Part shown: positions 17,727 to 28,409 of the stretch, piece after piece
How positions within the stretch are numbered: the first letter of the stretch is position 1
How the letters are laid out: each line of letters opens with the position of its first letter
Virus record (IMG/VR): IMGVR_UViG_3300042398_000969
Location: 96,001-160,000 of that record
Length of the DNA: 64,000 nt
Direction: 5' to 3' (one strand)
Source: a virus
The notes under the pieces: generated by a model
Database searches by the model: none
Told to the model about the DNA's origin: nothing
Seen by the model: only the letters and a program-made list of their open reading frames with translations
Made by a program: the position numbers and the translations under genes

Positions 17727-19865
17727 TTAGAAGTCTAATCTAACAGAAAATACCTGATTTCCAATTCTTTGGATTGGTTTAGGACATTTAGCCATTACTA
17801 TGGGTTCCTTATTGTCATTTAATAAAGCCACTTCGGTAATTCTTTTTTGTTGTCCTGTAACATAAGTAGGGTTCTGTGTTGTAATAAATTGTGAAGATGG
17901 TAAGTTTACCATGAAATTTAACACCTGAACATCCGTTGCTCTTGTTAGTTTAATGCTACCTGGGAATGGTTGTTGATCACCAAATTGTGGCGATGTTGTT
18001 TGTGTTTTATCTGGTAAAGAACCTAAATATGTTTCAAGATTATATGTTGACGCACCATTTACCATATCGCCGGTAACAACAAATTGGTAACCACACATAT
18101 TTGTGTTAGAAATAAGATTTCCAACAGTATGGCCAGATATTTGTGATGTTAAATCAATTCGCTTCCAGTTGTTTGGTGAAGGTTGTGATCCAGTTGTTGT
18201 TACTTGAACTAACGCAAAAAACTTATTAGCAGTAAATCCAGTAAATTGAGAAGATGAACTTAAAAATTTAAATTCACCAGTATTAAACTTGAAGCCAATA
18301 TTTGAATTGGTTGATCCTGTTATCTCACCATAATAGTTACAGTGCATGCCGGTGATACCAGTTGTTGATGTATTTTGGAACATATATGTTACCCAAGCTG
18401 TTTGTCCTGTTGTGATTACCGGATCTAAATCATAGAAAGTTGGTAAGTCCAAAGGTACAGTACTAAATCTTGGTGCAGGTAATGTCCATTTTCTATTTGT
18501 TTTATATTCTAATGCCGCAACTAATTCTTGATCATCAAAAACAATAATTTTTTTGTCAACAAAAACTTTACCGACATTAACGCCTTGTTGATCAACTAGG
18601 TATCTAAACTTAAGGTTGTTTGAGTTTGGTTTAACGTTTAAAGCGGATGATACATAATAATCAGTTGTCCCCATAGTAAATACTGCTCCAATTGTAGAGC
18701 CTGTGTTTCTATGATATAATAAAAATGGGATATAAACTTCGAAGTATTCCGAGTCAGAAATTGGTTCTCCATATAATGTTTCGTTATCAATTGTACCATG
18801 AGCAATATAGTCATCATACTTATAAAATCTTTCTGGATCATTTACAATATCACCTAATTCAGAATAATGAATAACAGCAATTGCTCTTTGGTTAGCTGGT
18901 TTAACATCAACTTTTTCACCAAATGTGTTTGTATATGATGTTGGGTTAGTTATTGTACCACCAGTTGTATTTGTAAATGTTTGGCCAGTATTTGATGTAT
19001 AACCAAGATATTCTTTTAATGATGCAAATTGAGATCCAGTATAACCTGAAATATATTCATCATCATCTGTTGTGTCTAAACCAGCTGGTTCTTGTGTCCA
19101 AACTAGTTCTAATTGCCAAGGATCATGTTGTGCTAAATTATCTGGTTGGAGTGGTGAACAAACATCAGCAACTTCGGTGTCTTGTGGGTAATCTAATTTA
19201 CATTTATTACATACCACACGAACAATTCCGGTATTTTGTGCAGAAAAATCTGGCATATTTCTATCTAAAGTGATTGTTTGCCCACTAATACTTACAATTT
19301 TATAAACTAAACTTTGTGAATTTCCGCTTATTGTCTTTTCTGAACCAACAAAATCTGATTTAAAAACTAAAGTAATATATTGACAATTTGAAAAATCATT
19401 TGTTGTTGCTCCCGTCATTAATGATGTTAATAAATCTTTACCACCATTAACTCTATTAAGAAGTATTGCACCAGATACACATTCAACTGTTGATCCAGTA
19501 CATGGATCAGCAACATATGGAATAAATTCTGAAACAAATCCCGCTGGTCCCATTGGGTTTTTTAATGTGTCAACATATGATTGTTGTGCAGCATTACCAA
19601 AATTAATTGTCTCATTAGCATTAATTAAATATGGGTACTTAACATGTTGATCACCATCAACAGGAGATAATACTCTTTGATGTGGTGCTCTCGTGCCACC
19701 CGTTATTGCTCCTGTAAATCCACTGAATTTTGTGTTATAGTCAAATTCAGAATCTCCGATCTGAAAATATTTTATAATAAAATTACCTTCAGCAATAGAT
19801 TGTCTACCTCTTCTTGTTATTCTTGCGGATAAAAACTCTGAATTATTACTATTTAAAAAGCTCAT
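17727..19865 (-). CDS. Baseplate/tail-fibre attachment structural protein
   Basis: N-terminal ARITRRGRQSIAEG..IKYFQIGDSEFDY and C-terminal ITEVALLNDNKEPIVMAKCPKPI match the two halves of the tail-collar-fibre N-terminal domain. Confidence 0.6.
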   Translation of the reverse strand: MSFLNSNNSEFLSARITRRGRQSIAEGNFIIKYFQIGDSEFDYNTKFSGFTGAITGGTRAPHQRVLSPVDGDQHVKYPYLINANETINFGNAAQQSYVDTLKNPMGPAGFVSEFIPYVADPCTGSTVECVSGAILLNRVNGGKDLLTSLMTGATTNDFSNCQYITLVFKSDFVGSEKTISGNSQSLVYKIVSISGQTITLDRNMPDFSAQNTGIVRVVCNKCKLDYPQDTEVADVCSPLQPDNLAQHDPWQLELVWTQEPAGLDTTDDDEYISGYTGSQFASLKEYLGYTSNTGQTFTNTTGGTITNPTSYTNTFGEKVDVKPANQRAIAVIHYSELGDIVNDPERFYKYDDYIAHGTIDNETLYGEPISDSEYFEVYIPFLLYHRNTGSTIGAVFTMGTTDYYVSSALNVKPNSNNLKFRYLVDQQGVNVGKVFVDKKIIVFDDQELVAALEYKTNRKWTLPAPRFSTVPLDLPTFYDLDPVITTGQTAWVTYMFQNTSTTGITGMHCNYYGEITGSTNSNIGFKFNTGEFKFLSSSSQFTGFTANKFFALVQVTTTGSQPSPNNWKRIDLTSQISGHTVGNLISNTNMCGYQFVVTGDMVNGASTYNLETYLGSLPDKTQTTSPQFGDQQPFPGSIKLTRATDVQVLNFMVNLPSSQFITTQNPTYVTGQQKRITEVALLNDNKEPIVMAKCPKPIQRIGNQVFSVRLDF

Positions 19866-19882
19866 ATTTTATATCATTAATT

Positions 19883-21067
19883 TTATGTTAAACCACCACT
19901 ACCACTACCACCGCCTCCGGCACAATTTCTTAATGCTGTTGATATTATATATCCATCGGTATCAATTTGTATTGCGTTAAATTGTCCATCATTTAGTGTG
20001 TTTATATTGTCTGTTGCTACAGCATACCATAAATTAAAACCATTAAATGGTTCATAATTTGTATTCGCATACACCCTAGTATATGAAATTGCAGCAGGTA
20101 GTGTTGCTCCAGTACTGAACCATCCTGCTGATGTCTGATAGCCAGGGCTAGAACAGAATGTATCTATAGATGATTGACCACCGCTCCTAAAATACCCATA
20201 AAGTGGTGGTGATGTTGGGGTTGGCGTTGGTGTAGCCGTTGGTGATGGAACCCCAAGACATTGAATACCAACCTCCCAGAAATCATTTACTTCATTAGGC
20301 GGAGCTAAGGCCGGAGCTGTTAATACATCAATATAATATGTTTTAGTATTATCATATGTGATTGATAATGTTATTGGCCCCATTGCTGTTGGATACCAAT
20401 AATCCTGTGAATTATATCCAGATGAATTACCAAACCATCCCGTACTTTCAAGAACTGTTAAAGATGTTCTAATTGAAATATTATTTGGTCTATCATTTGC
20501 AGTACATGTGAAATTAATTATTGAACCATTTGCTACTCCGGCAAAGTTTAATTGAATGTCATCATAGTTGTTCATTGTTGAGCCAGTGAACGTTCCCGAA
20601 ACTGTAGAACCACAACCAGGTAATGCTGTTGGTGTTGGTGTTGCTGTCGGTGTTATTGGTGTAGCAGTTGGTGTCACCGGTGTTGCTGTCGGTGTTACTG
20701 GTGTAGCAGTTGGTGGTACTGGTGTAGCAGTTGGTGGTACTGGTGTGGCAGTTGGACCAGGACCTGCTGTTGCTGTCGGTGCTGGAGTTGCTGTAGGTGC
20801 TGGTGTTGCTGTTGGACCAGGGAACCCAGTAACTTGTATATTTTGAGTGGTACCACTACAAGCCCCAACAGGTTCTACTTTAAGCCACGTTTTACCATCA
20901 GTTATTCCTGTTATTGTATAAGTTGGGTTAAATAATGACACTGCCACATTACCATAATTTGTTAAAGCAATGCAATTGGTATTGTTACCTTCACATTCAT
21001 AGAATTTAACAGATGTTATACCTAAACCTATTGTTGGACCTAATCTTACTGATGCTATATATGCCAT
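19883..21067 (-). CDS. Putative virion adhesin/decoration protein with Pro/Thr linkers
   Basis: Cys-containing beta-rich domains, (PTATPV)n repeats, C-terminal CAGGGGSGSGG. Confidence 0.65.
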   Translation of the reverse strand: MAYIASVRLGPTIGLGITSVKFYECEGNNTNCIALTNYGNVAVSLFNPTYTITGITDGKTWLKVEPVGACSGTTQNIQVTGFPGPTATPAPTATPAPTATAGPGPTATPVPPTATPVPPTATPVTPTATPVTPTATPITPTATPTPTALPGCGSTVSGTFTGSTMNNYDDIQLNFAGVANGSIINFTCTANDRPNNISIRTSLTVLESTGWFGNSSGYNSQDYWYPTAMGPITLSITYDNTKTYYIDVLTAPALAPPNEVNDFWEVGIQCLGVPSPTATPTPTPTSPPLYGYFRSGGQSSIDTFCSSPGYQTSAGWFSTGATLPAAISYTRVYANTNYEPFNGFNLWYAVATDNINTLNDGQFNAIQIDTDGYIISTALRNCAGGGGSGSGGLT

Positions 21068-21091
21068 ATGTTATAAATATTCTTATTTAAT

Positions 21092-21736
21092 TTAACGATT
21101 AGTGTTATTTAGAAAATAGTTCTTATCGTTTGACAAAAACTCATTAACGCTAAATGTTGTTATTGTTTCCGAGTTTGGGTTATTTTGAACTTTATTTATC
21201 ATTTTTTCGGTATGTCTACCGTTTATACCATAATTTCCTTGAACCAAGTAATCACCCAATAAAATAAAATTTGGATCATTTCTTAAATCCTTCTCTTCAA
21301 AATCATCATTAATTTGTTTTTTACTATAACCAATTTTTTTATGAATTATATTATCAGGTTTAAACTCGTTTTCAACCATTTCGTCATATATTAAATTTGA
21401 TGGCCTTTGTTCATACCACGTAACATCGACTAAAAGATTATATTCATTTAACCCCATATTCATTATAAAATTTAAATCATTTTCAATTTTTAAATCTGTA
21501 TGGTTTCCACCAACAATACACATATCCAAATCCCACGTGTTGTTAAAGTCAAATAAAACTCCACCCATTAAGTACATATCATATTCTTTTATAATCATTG
21601 ATTTAACATATAAATTAAATAAAAAATCATAAACTTTTTGATATGACGGTCTTGTCCAATGACTTGTTGTTGTTACAACCCCTCTTTGAAAAAAAATACT
21701 ATCTTTTAAATTTGCTACTTTATTAAATGTGCTCAT
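21092..21736 (-). CDS. Putative nucleotidyltransferase (Pol-beta fold)
   Basis: YLMGG-x8-WDLDMCIVG and a later LLVDVTW fit hG[G/S]..DxD..D. Confidence 0.5.
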   Translation of the reverse strand: MSTFNKVANLKDSIFFQRGVVTTTSHWTRPSYQKVYDFLFNLYVKSMIIKEYDMYLMGGVLFDFNNTWDLDMCIVGGNHTDLKIENDLNFIMNMGLNEYNLLVDVTWYEQRPSNLIYDEMVENEFKPDNIIHKKIGYSKKQINDDFEEKDLRNDPNFILLGDYLVQGNYGINGRHTEKMINKVQNNPNSETITTFSVNEFLSNDKNYFLNNTNR

Positions 21737-21747
21737 AATTTATATTT

Positions 21748-23280
21748 TTAACCACTATATCCTCCGGAACCTCCTCCAGAACCTCCTCCAGAACCTCCAC
21801 TGTCTGGAACTGGTGTTGCAGTTGGACTCGGTGTTGATCCATCGCAAGGTGAACATCCTGTATCTAATATAGTAAATACCGGTGTACTATAAACAACCGA
21901 TTTATAGTTATCTTTTGCAATTACCTTCCAACAGAATGTGTTTAAGAACGAATCGTTAACTCTAAACGTACCATTAATTCCAATTGTTGGTAATGTATCG
22001 GACCATACTGTTACACTATAGGATGCATTATCACATCTCACACCATCCATTTTATATTTTTTTGGCGTTGCATTACAACTTGAACAATCACCATATCCTT
22101 GGAACATTGGTTGACCTAAAACAAACGGTCCAGAATCTGTAATTTGATATCCATCAAAACCTTCACTTGGGTCTGTAATTACAAATTGTGGTCCTAGATT
22201 TTTATTAATGGTCATACATCTTGGATTCCCAGCAACAACGCCGTTTTCATATAATTGTATTCCATATGTTCTACCGGTGGTCATACCTAATAGCGAATAT
22301 GCTATAATATTTTCACCCGTATCACAAGTTACACCGCTATATCCAGTTATTGTGAAACCAGTAAATGGCGGGTCACAAGCAGCACAAGGATTTGCACCAG
22401 CTACTGGTGAAACACCATCTAAATTATATGTATAACCCGTAACATATTGTGTTTGGACTGCAATGATAGATAAACATGAATTACCAACTTGATATACCGT
22501 TCCTTCTGTTAACTGTGTTGAACTTCTTGCTATTGCCACGCCACCATAATTTTGACCAAAACCACAAGGATCTAGTGGATTTGAAAGTACGTATGATGTC
22601 GATGCTGGATTTTGCATTGATAATGTTCCAATATTTGCTAAAGTATCACAACCAGGTATTTGTATTGGTGCACTAAATCCAGTTGCAGTTATTGCTGTAT
22701 ATGAATATCTCATATCATTACAGTCGCCCATTGCGTAATAATAATATGATGGATCAATAACAACATTTGTTGTTGGTGTTGGTGTTGGTGTTGATGTTGG
22801 TATCACTGTCGTTGCTGTTGGTGTAGGAGTTGCTGTTGGGTTAGGTGTTGGCGTTGGGCCAATAACAACAGTCGCTGAACCACCAGAGAAATCGCAATTA
22901 GGTGTAGGGCTAGGTGTTGGACTAGGTGTTGGTGTTGGTGCAATATATACTGCGCTACCAACATTAGGAAAATAACAATAATTTATACAGTTATCATAAA
23001 CTTCAGCCTCATTCGTATATATATTTTCTATAACGTAATTAACATCACCGGTATCTCCAGTATATGTTAATTTAAACCAATATTGTGTATCAAAAGATGC
23101 GTCTGTAAAAATAATAGGATTTGTGTTATAGTCTCTACTTGAACTATTAGGATACAAAGAACCATAAGACGTGTATCCTGTTGCTATAACAGAGTCATCA
23201 CCAGCAGTTTTACCTGTTTTATATGATAAGGTAAAAGCTTTAGGTGAATTAATTCCATATAATCTTATGTTTAATCCCAT
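21748..23280 (-). CDS. Cys-rich, Pro/Thr-linker virion adhesin-like protein
   Basis: PT linkers, NCDFSGGSA motif, Cys-rich modules ending in CxxC, (GGSG)n C-terminus. Confidence 0.65.
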   Translation of the reverse strand: MGLNIRLYGINSPKAFTLSYKTGKTAGDDSVIATGYTSYGSLYPNSSSRDYNTNPIIFTDASFDTQYWFKLTYTGDTGDVNYVIENIYTNEAEVYDNCINYCYFPNVGSAVYIAPTPTPSPTPSPTPNCDFSGGSATVVIGPTPTPNPTATPTPTATTVIPTSTPTPTPTTNVVIDPSYYYYAMGDCNDMRYSYTAITATGFSAPIQIPGCDTLANIGTLSMQNPASTSYVLSNPLDPCGFGQNYGGVAIARSSTQLTEGTVYQVGNSCLSIIAVQTQYVTGYTYNLDGVSPVAGANPCAACDPPFTGFTITGYSGVTCDTGENIIAYSLLGMTTGRTYGIQLYENGVVAGNPRCMTINKNLGPQFVITDPSEGFDGYQITDSGPFVLGQPMFQGYGDCSSCNATPKKYKMDGVRCDNASYSVTVWSDTLPTIGINGTFRVNDSFLNTFCWKVIAKDNYKSVVYSTPVFTILDTGCSPCDGSTPSPTATPVPDSGGSGGGSGGGSGGYSG

Positions 23281-23315
23281 ATTACTATAAATACAATAAT
23301 TAAAAATTTAAATAA

Positions 23316-23341
23316 AAAACCCCTTTAAATAAAGGGGTTTT
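23316..23341. terminator. Bidirectional-type terminator hairpin
   Basis: AAAACCCCTTT-AAAT-AAAGGGGTTTT. Confidence 0.7.
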
Positions 23342-23373
23342 AATAATATTAAATTTAACCTTTTTTTAATTTA

Positions 23374-23949
23374 TTAGACTATCACACCGCCACCACAAGT
23401 GTTATCTACATTACATTGGTTCATTACTGACTGAGCAACACCATTTAAACCTATTTGGAACATATATCCAGAAGTGTGATAATACCAACCAGCACTTGCA
23501 TAATTTGAAGGTGATGCTATATTTTGTGTATACATAGTACCCTGTAATGATGTTAGATTATTTAAATTAGCTTCAGTTATATAGAATGTAGTATATGATT
23601 GTAAGTTATTGTAACCTGAACACGCATTAGTACAGTCTTGGTATGGACCTTGTGCTTGCATTCCCGTTAATGCTACACCAGACTCTGTTGCTGTTGGCGT
23701 AGGTGTTGGTGTCGGAGGAGCCACAGACCAAGACTGAGTTGTTGAGCATGTTCCAGTACTAGCTATTGTACCACCCGTTAATGTTTCAAGCGTTGTGTTT
23801 ATTGTATAACCTGTTGTTAATTGTGATTTGGTAACACCAGTGGCCAACCAGTGTGCTGCTCCAGCGCTAGTTGTACCTGAAATATTAAAAGGACCAGCAA
23901 CAAATGTTGCGCCTGTATAACTTGGACTTAGTGTGAATGTAATTTGCAT
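23374..23949 (-). CDS. Small two-domain virion decoration-like protein
   Basis: AGPFNI..ATGVTKSQL N-terminal domain shared with 23995..28122, PT linker, Cys-containing C-terminal domain, CGGG end. Confidence 0.65.
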   Translation of the reverse strand: MQITFTLSPSYTGATFVAGPFNISGTTSAGAAHWLATGVTKSQLTTGYTINTTLETLTGGTIASTGTCSTTQSWSVAPPTPTPTPTATESGVALTGMQAQGPYQDCTNACSGYNNLQSYTTFYITEANLNNLTSLQGTMYTQNIASPSNYASAGWYYHTSGYMFQIGLNGVAQSVMNQCNVDNTCGGGVIV

Positions 23950-23994
23950 TGTTCTTCTTTTTTAATATAAATATCTGTTTATTTTGTTTTTTTT

Positions 23995-26900
23995 TTATAC
24001 TTGTGCACCACCGCCGCCACCAAGACAATCATTACATGATGTCCATACACTTGAATATGATCCATCCGTTAAATGTGTCGCCTCTTGATCACATGTAGTA
24101 CCAACATAATAATCTACTTGTAAGCACACATTATTTACTTTAACAGCTTTAGTTCCACCTAAGAATGCACTAACCAATAAATCTGGTGATGTCATATATC
24201 CAACTAGATTATTTGAACAATTAATTACTTGATATTTGTAATATGATGCTGGTTCAGGTATCGCTGTTATACCACTGTTTACCACACAACCATTTGCGTC
24301 TGTAACCTCTAAACAATACCCATATGTTGTTAAATTATCTACATTGAATGTTGTACCAAAAGTTGATGTGCTATATGTTCCAACTAAAGTTCCACCACAT
24401 GTTGTATATGGTGAACTTGTGTCAGCATATAATCTATATGTTTTAGGGAATACACCACCACTTGATGTTAATTCTAAAACACCTGAGCTTGGTGAAGCAC
24501 ATGTTGGGTATGTAATAATTGTTAACGACGCAGATTGTGCCGTTGGTTGGCTAATTCCTTGACCATATGATGCCACACAATTATTACCATCTTTAACAGA
24601 TATTGTATACGTATCTGATATTAAATTATTAAATATCTTTGGAGGATAATAATAATTGTAACCATCAATTGAAACTTGTCTAGGTGATGTTCCGCCAACT
24701 AATGTTGTCACTTCAATAAAACCATTTGAACCACCATAACAAGAAACATTACCAACATCCACTATTCCAAGCGCTGGTGTAGATACTGTTAAGTTATATG
24801 ATACAATTGCAAAACAACTATTATTATCTAAAACTTGTATTGAATGATTACCACTTGGTAAGTTATTAAAAGTATGTGAAAATTTAAATGCTGTTAACGC
24901 TGAATATGAACCACCATTACTACTAATACAAAATTTATATCCTGAAGCATTTGGTGTTCCACCGCTACCCTGAATTGTTAATGATCCATTTGTTGAATTG
25001 TAACAAGTTGGAAAAGATGCACTAGTAATAGTGCCAGCCACCGCTGACGGTATAGTTACGGTTGCTGAATATGATTGTTCACAACCGGCACCATCTTTAA
25101 TAAAAATACTATATGTACCGCCACCTAATGATGAATAAGTTACTGGTAAGTTTGCATATGTTCCACCAGAGCCAAGTTTTGCTTGATAACCAGACCCAGA
25201 TCCTCCAGATCCACTAGAAACACCAATGGTGCCTGTTCCCGCATTACAATCTGGATTTGTAACAGATATTGTTGCATTCGGAGCTGATTTGGATAATAAC
25301 ACATAATCTATGGCCACACAACCATTACTGTCTTTAGCATATAAAGTATATAATCCTGTACCTAAACTACTAAAAGTTCCGCTGGCTTGATAATTTGAAC
25401 CATCTCTTGAATATGTAAAACCACCCACACCGCCTGAACCTGAAGCTGTTATTGAACCATTTGTACCATTCCAACATGTTGGATTTGTACCAGATACTGA
25501 TATAGATACCGCACTTGGTTGTGTTACTGTTTGATTATATGTTTGAACACAACCCGCGCCGTCTTTAATATATATTGTGTATGTTCCCGCAGATAATGGG
25601 TTGGAGTATGTAACTGGTAAATTTGCATAAGTTCCACCTACTCCGTTTTTAGCTTGGTATCCTGAACCACTTCCTCCAGTTCCATCACTAACCGTGATTG
25701 CACCTGTTCCACCACCATTACAAGCTACATTTGTAATTGAAAAAGTTGCATTAGGTGCTGATTTAGATAAAGTTGTTGCCGCTGAAGTTACACAGTCATT
25801 TGCATCCTTAATATAAATTGTTTTAGTCCCAACGGTTTGCCCAGTAAATGTTGCACTAGATTGATATGTTAAACCATCTGAAGAATATGTGTATGGTGAT
25901 GTACCACCTGTAGGAGATGCTGTAACGCTACCATCACTACCATTATAACATGTTGGATTTGTTGATGAAGATATTGAACCAAAAAGTTGTGTTGGCTCTG
26001 TTATTGTTACAGAATATGTTCTAGAACAAGCAGATTGATCAATAACAGTTACTGTGTATGTTCCAGCAGTTGGTACACCAAACGTTGCTGGTAAATTCTG
26101 ATATTGAAATGCACCATAATTTACTTTTGCTTGATATGTTCCACCGTTACCACCACTACCATTTGAAATTGTTATTGAACCGCCTCCATTTTGATAACAT
26201 GGTAAATTTGTTTGTGAAATAGTTGCACTTACTTGTGTTTTATTTAAACCGGTTGTATTTGTTCTAATACATCCACTAGCATCTTTAACATATGTGGTAT
26301 ATGTACCATTTGTTAAACCTGTAAATGTTAAACCAGATTGATAATTTGAACCATCTATTGAATATGTATATGGCGAAACACCACCACTTACACTAGATAA
26401 TGTTATTGAACCGTTTGAATTACCATTACAAGTTGGTTCTGTACCTGTAGCAGTGAAACTAATAATTGCAGGTTCTGTTATCGTTAATGATGTTAATTGA
26501 CCAACTTCATTATTTGAATCTTTAACATATAATGAATATGTTTGTGCTGTTAAACCTGTAAATACGTTACTTGATTGATAGGTAGTACCATTTATTGAAT
26601 ATGTATAACTACCTGAACCACCACTTGGACTAGTTATTGTTATTGTACCATTAGATCCTCCATTACATGTAACATTTGTTGAAGATCTAGATGCTGTTAT
26701 AACAACATTGGTTATATTGATAGTTATAACCACATCAAAATATAAACCTAAAGCATCAGTTGATCTAACTTTAATTAGATATGTACTTTTTGTTTCATAA
26801 TCAAATACTACTTTAGATTTTAAAACATTTCCAGCAATAGTAAAACTAGTATAATCTGGATATGATGAAGTATCTACAAATGAATATGTAAAAGTATCAC

Positions 26901-28122
26901 CCGCATCAGGATCTGCTGTTGAAAAAGTACCAATTGTTGTACCAGTTGCAACATTTTCAGATATTGAAGATGATGATAAATCAATTCCTGTTGGAGCCTC
27001 ATTAACACTAGTTACGGTAACTGAAACAAGACCATCATATGTTAATCCACCAGCATCTGTTGTTCTTATATTTAATAGATACGAACTTTTTGTTTCAACA
27101 TCGAAAACTTCTTTTGATGTTAATTGACCGCCAGAACTTAAATTAAAACTATTATTGTCTGGATATGAACCAGTATTAACAAATGAATATGTAAATGTAT
27201 CACCGGCATCTGGATCTAACGTTGATAGTGTACCAGCGTTTGTACCAATTCCACTATTCTCAGGTATTGTGCCAGATATGCTAATACCAAATGGTGCTTC
27301 ATTTACGTTATCAATATAAATTGTAAATTGTTTATCAAAGAATTGACCAACACTATCGGTAGTACGAATTGCCACTGTATATGAAGTTCCTGTTTCATAG
27401 TTAAATAATATTGAGTTAACTAAAGTATTACCACTAGTAGTGAAAGGTGCAGAATTTACTATAGAATATGTATGGGCATCATTACTATCACTTGACGCTG
27501 TTGCTAAATAACCAATCACCGTACCAATAGCTGAATTTTCGTTTATTCTATCATAACTTAATGAAAGATCTGTTGGTGCATAATTAACTGTTGTATCAAT
27601 TAAAAATAAACAATTAGGTGTTGAAGTTGGACTCGGTGTTGGCGTCGCTGTTGATGTCGGTGATGGTGTTGGTGTAGGTGTGGCGGTTGAACTCGGTGTT
27701 GGAGTTGGTGTTGCTGTTATAATATTTGTATCTATTCCAAAATCACAATTAGGTGTTGGAGTAGGACTAGGTGTAGGACTAGGACTTGGAGTTGGACTTG
27801 GAGTTGGACTTGGTGATGGACTTGGAGTTGGTGTTGGACTCGTTGTTGGAGTTGGTGTAGGTAATATAGTTTCATCAATATTTGATTGACATTCTGCAAT
27901 AACCCTAGCATTTGTATTGTATACAATTATTTTAGTTGCACTATCTGGTACACTAACGTGTAAACCTAAATTTGATATTAATTCAGTGCGTGTAACACCA
28001 CTAGCAAGAAATGATGTATCAAAATTGGTTGCAAGATTTGCAGCGTTAACTTGGTCATAATAAACATTATAAGGACCCGCGTCAGTACCAGAAACAATCT
28101 TTACATAAAACTTCTTTGCCAT
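23995..28122 (-). CDS. Large adhesin-like protein: PT linkers + 3 cadherin-like domains + about 10 SprB-like repeats
   Basis: Cadherin motifs ([25 protein letters not shown]) at about 26710-27580; SprB repeats (TC.G.SNGSIT..GG.SPYTYS.DG..YQ..TF.GL..G.YT.YVKDA.GC) at about 24260-26700. Confidence 0.85.
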   Translation of the reverse strand: MAKKFYVKIVSGTDAGPYNVYYDQVNAANLATNFDTSFLASGVTRTELISNLGLHVSVPDSATKIIVYNTNARVIAECQSNIDETILPTPTPTTSPTPTPSPSPSPTPSPTPSPSPTPSPTPTPNCDFGIDTNIITATPTPTPSSTATPTPTPSPTSTATPTPSPTSTPNCLFLIDTTVNYAPTDLSLSYDRINENSAIGTVIGYLATASSDSNDAHTYSIVNSAPFTTSGNTLVNSILFNYETGTSYTVAIRTTDSVGQFFDKQFTIYIDNVNEAPFGISISGTIPENSGIGTNAGTLSTLDPDAGDTFTYSFVNTGSYPDNNSFNLSSGGQLTSKEVFDVETKSSYLLNIRTTDAGGLTYDGLVSVTVTSVNEAPTGIDLSSSSISENVATGTTIGTFSTADPDAGDTFTYSFVDTSSYPDYTSFTIAGNVLKSKVVFDYETKSTYLIKVRSTDALGLYFDVVITINITNVVITASRSSTNVTCNGGSNGTITITSPSGGSGSYTYSINGTTYQSSNVFTGLTAQTYSLYVKDSNNEVGQLTSLTITEPAIISFTATGTEPTCNGNSNGSITLSSVSGGVSPYTYSIDGSNYQSGLTFTGLTNGTYTTYVKDASGCIRTNTTGLNKTQVSATISQTNLPCYQNGGGSITISNGSGGNGGTYQAKVNYGAFQYQNLPATFGVPTAGTYTVTVIDQSACSRTYSVTITEPTQLFGSISSSTNPTCYNGSDGSVTASPTGGTSPYTYSSDGLTYQSSATFTGQTVGTKTIYIKDANDCVTSAATTLSKSAPNATFSITNVACNGGGTGAITVSDGTGGSGSGYQAKNGVGGTYANLPVTYSNPLSAGTYTIYIKDGAGCVQTYNQTVTQPSAVSISVSGTNPTCWNGTNGSITASGSGGVGGFTYSRDGSNYQASGTFSSLGTGLYTLYAKDSNGCVAIDYVLLSKSAPNATISVTNPDCNAGTGTIGVSSGSGGSGSGYQAKLGSGGTYANLPVTYSSLGGGTYSIFIKDGAGCEQSYSATVTIPSAVAGTITSASFPTCYNSTNGSLTIQGSGGTPNASGYKFCISSNGGSYSALTAFKFSHTFNNLPSGNHSIQVLDNNSCFAIVSYNLTVSTPALGIVDVGNVSCYGGSNGFIEVTTLVGGTSPRQVSIDGYNYYYPPKIFNNLISDTYTISVKDGNNCVASYGQGISQPTAQSASLTIITYPTCASPSSGVLELTSSGGVFPKTYRLYADTSSPYTTCGGTLVGTYSTSTFGTTFNVDNLTTYGYCLEVTDANGCVVNSGITAIPEPASYYKYQVINCSNNLVGYMTSPDLLVSAFLGGTKAVKVNNVCLQVDYYVGTTCDQEATHLTDGSYSSVWTSCNDCLGGGGGAQV

Positions 28123-28129
28123 CTATAAT

Positions 28130-28408
28130 TTATTTTCCGCAACCACAATCTGATTCATTATTTGTTGTGATTAACGATTTTGTTACACTATTAAAATAGT
28201 TTTTATTATTTTCAATGAAATCATTCGCTTTCTCCATTAATAACTCATTTACTTGATCATTGATATAGCTAATGTACATCTCATCATTTAAAGTAAATAG
28301 TTCTCTAACCATAACTTTAACACCATTAATTGTAAATAAATCATTTATATCAATGGTATAACCGTCATTTGTGTATGTTAAAATTTTATTTGTTATTATT
28401 ACTTCCAT
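28130..28408 (-). CDS. Hypothetical protein ending in DCGCGK
   Basis: 92-aa ORF tightly packed in the adhesin operon. Confidence 0.65.
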   Translation of the reverse strand: MEVIITNKILTYTNDGYTIDINDLFTINGVKVMVRELFTLNDEMYISYINDQVNELLMEKANDFIENNKNYFNSVTKSLITTNNESDCGCGK

Positions 28409-28409
28409 A

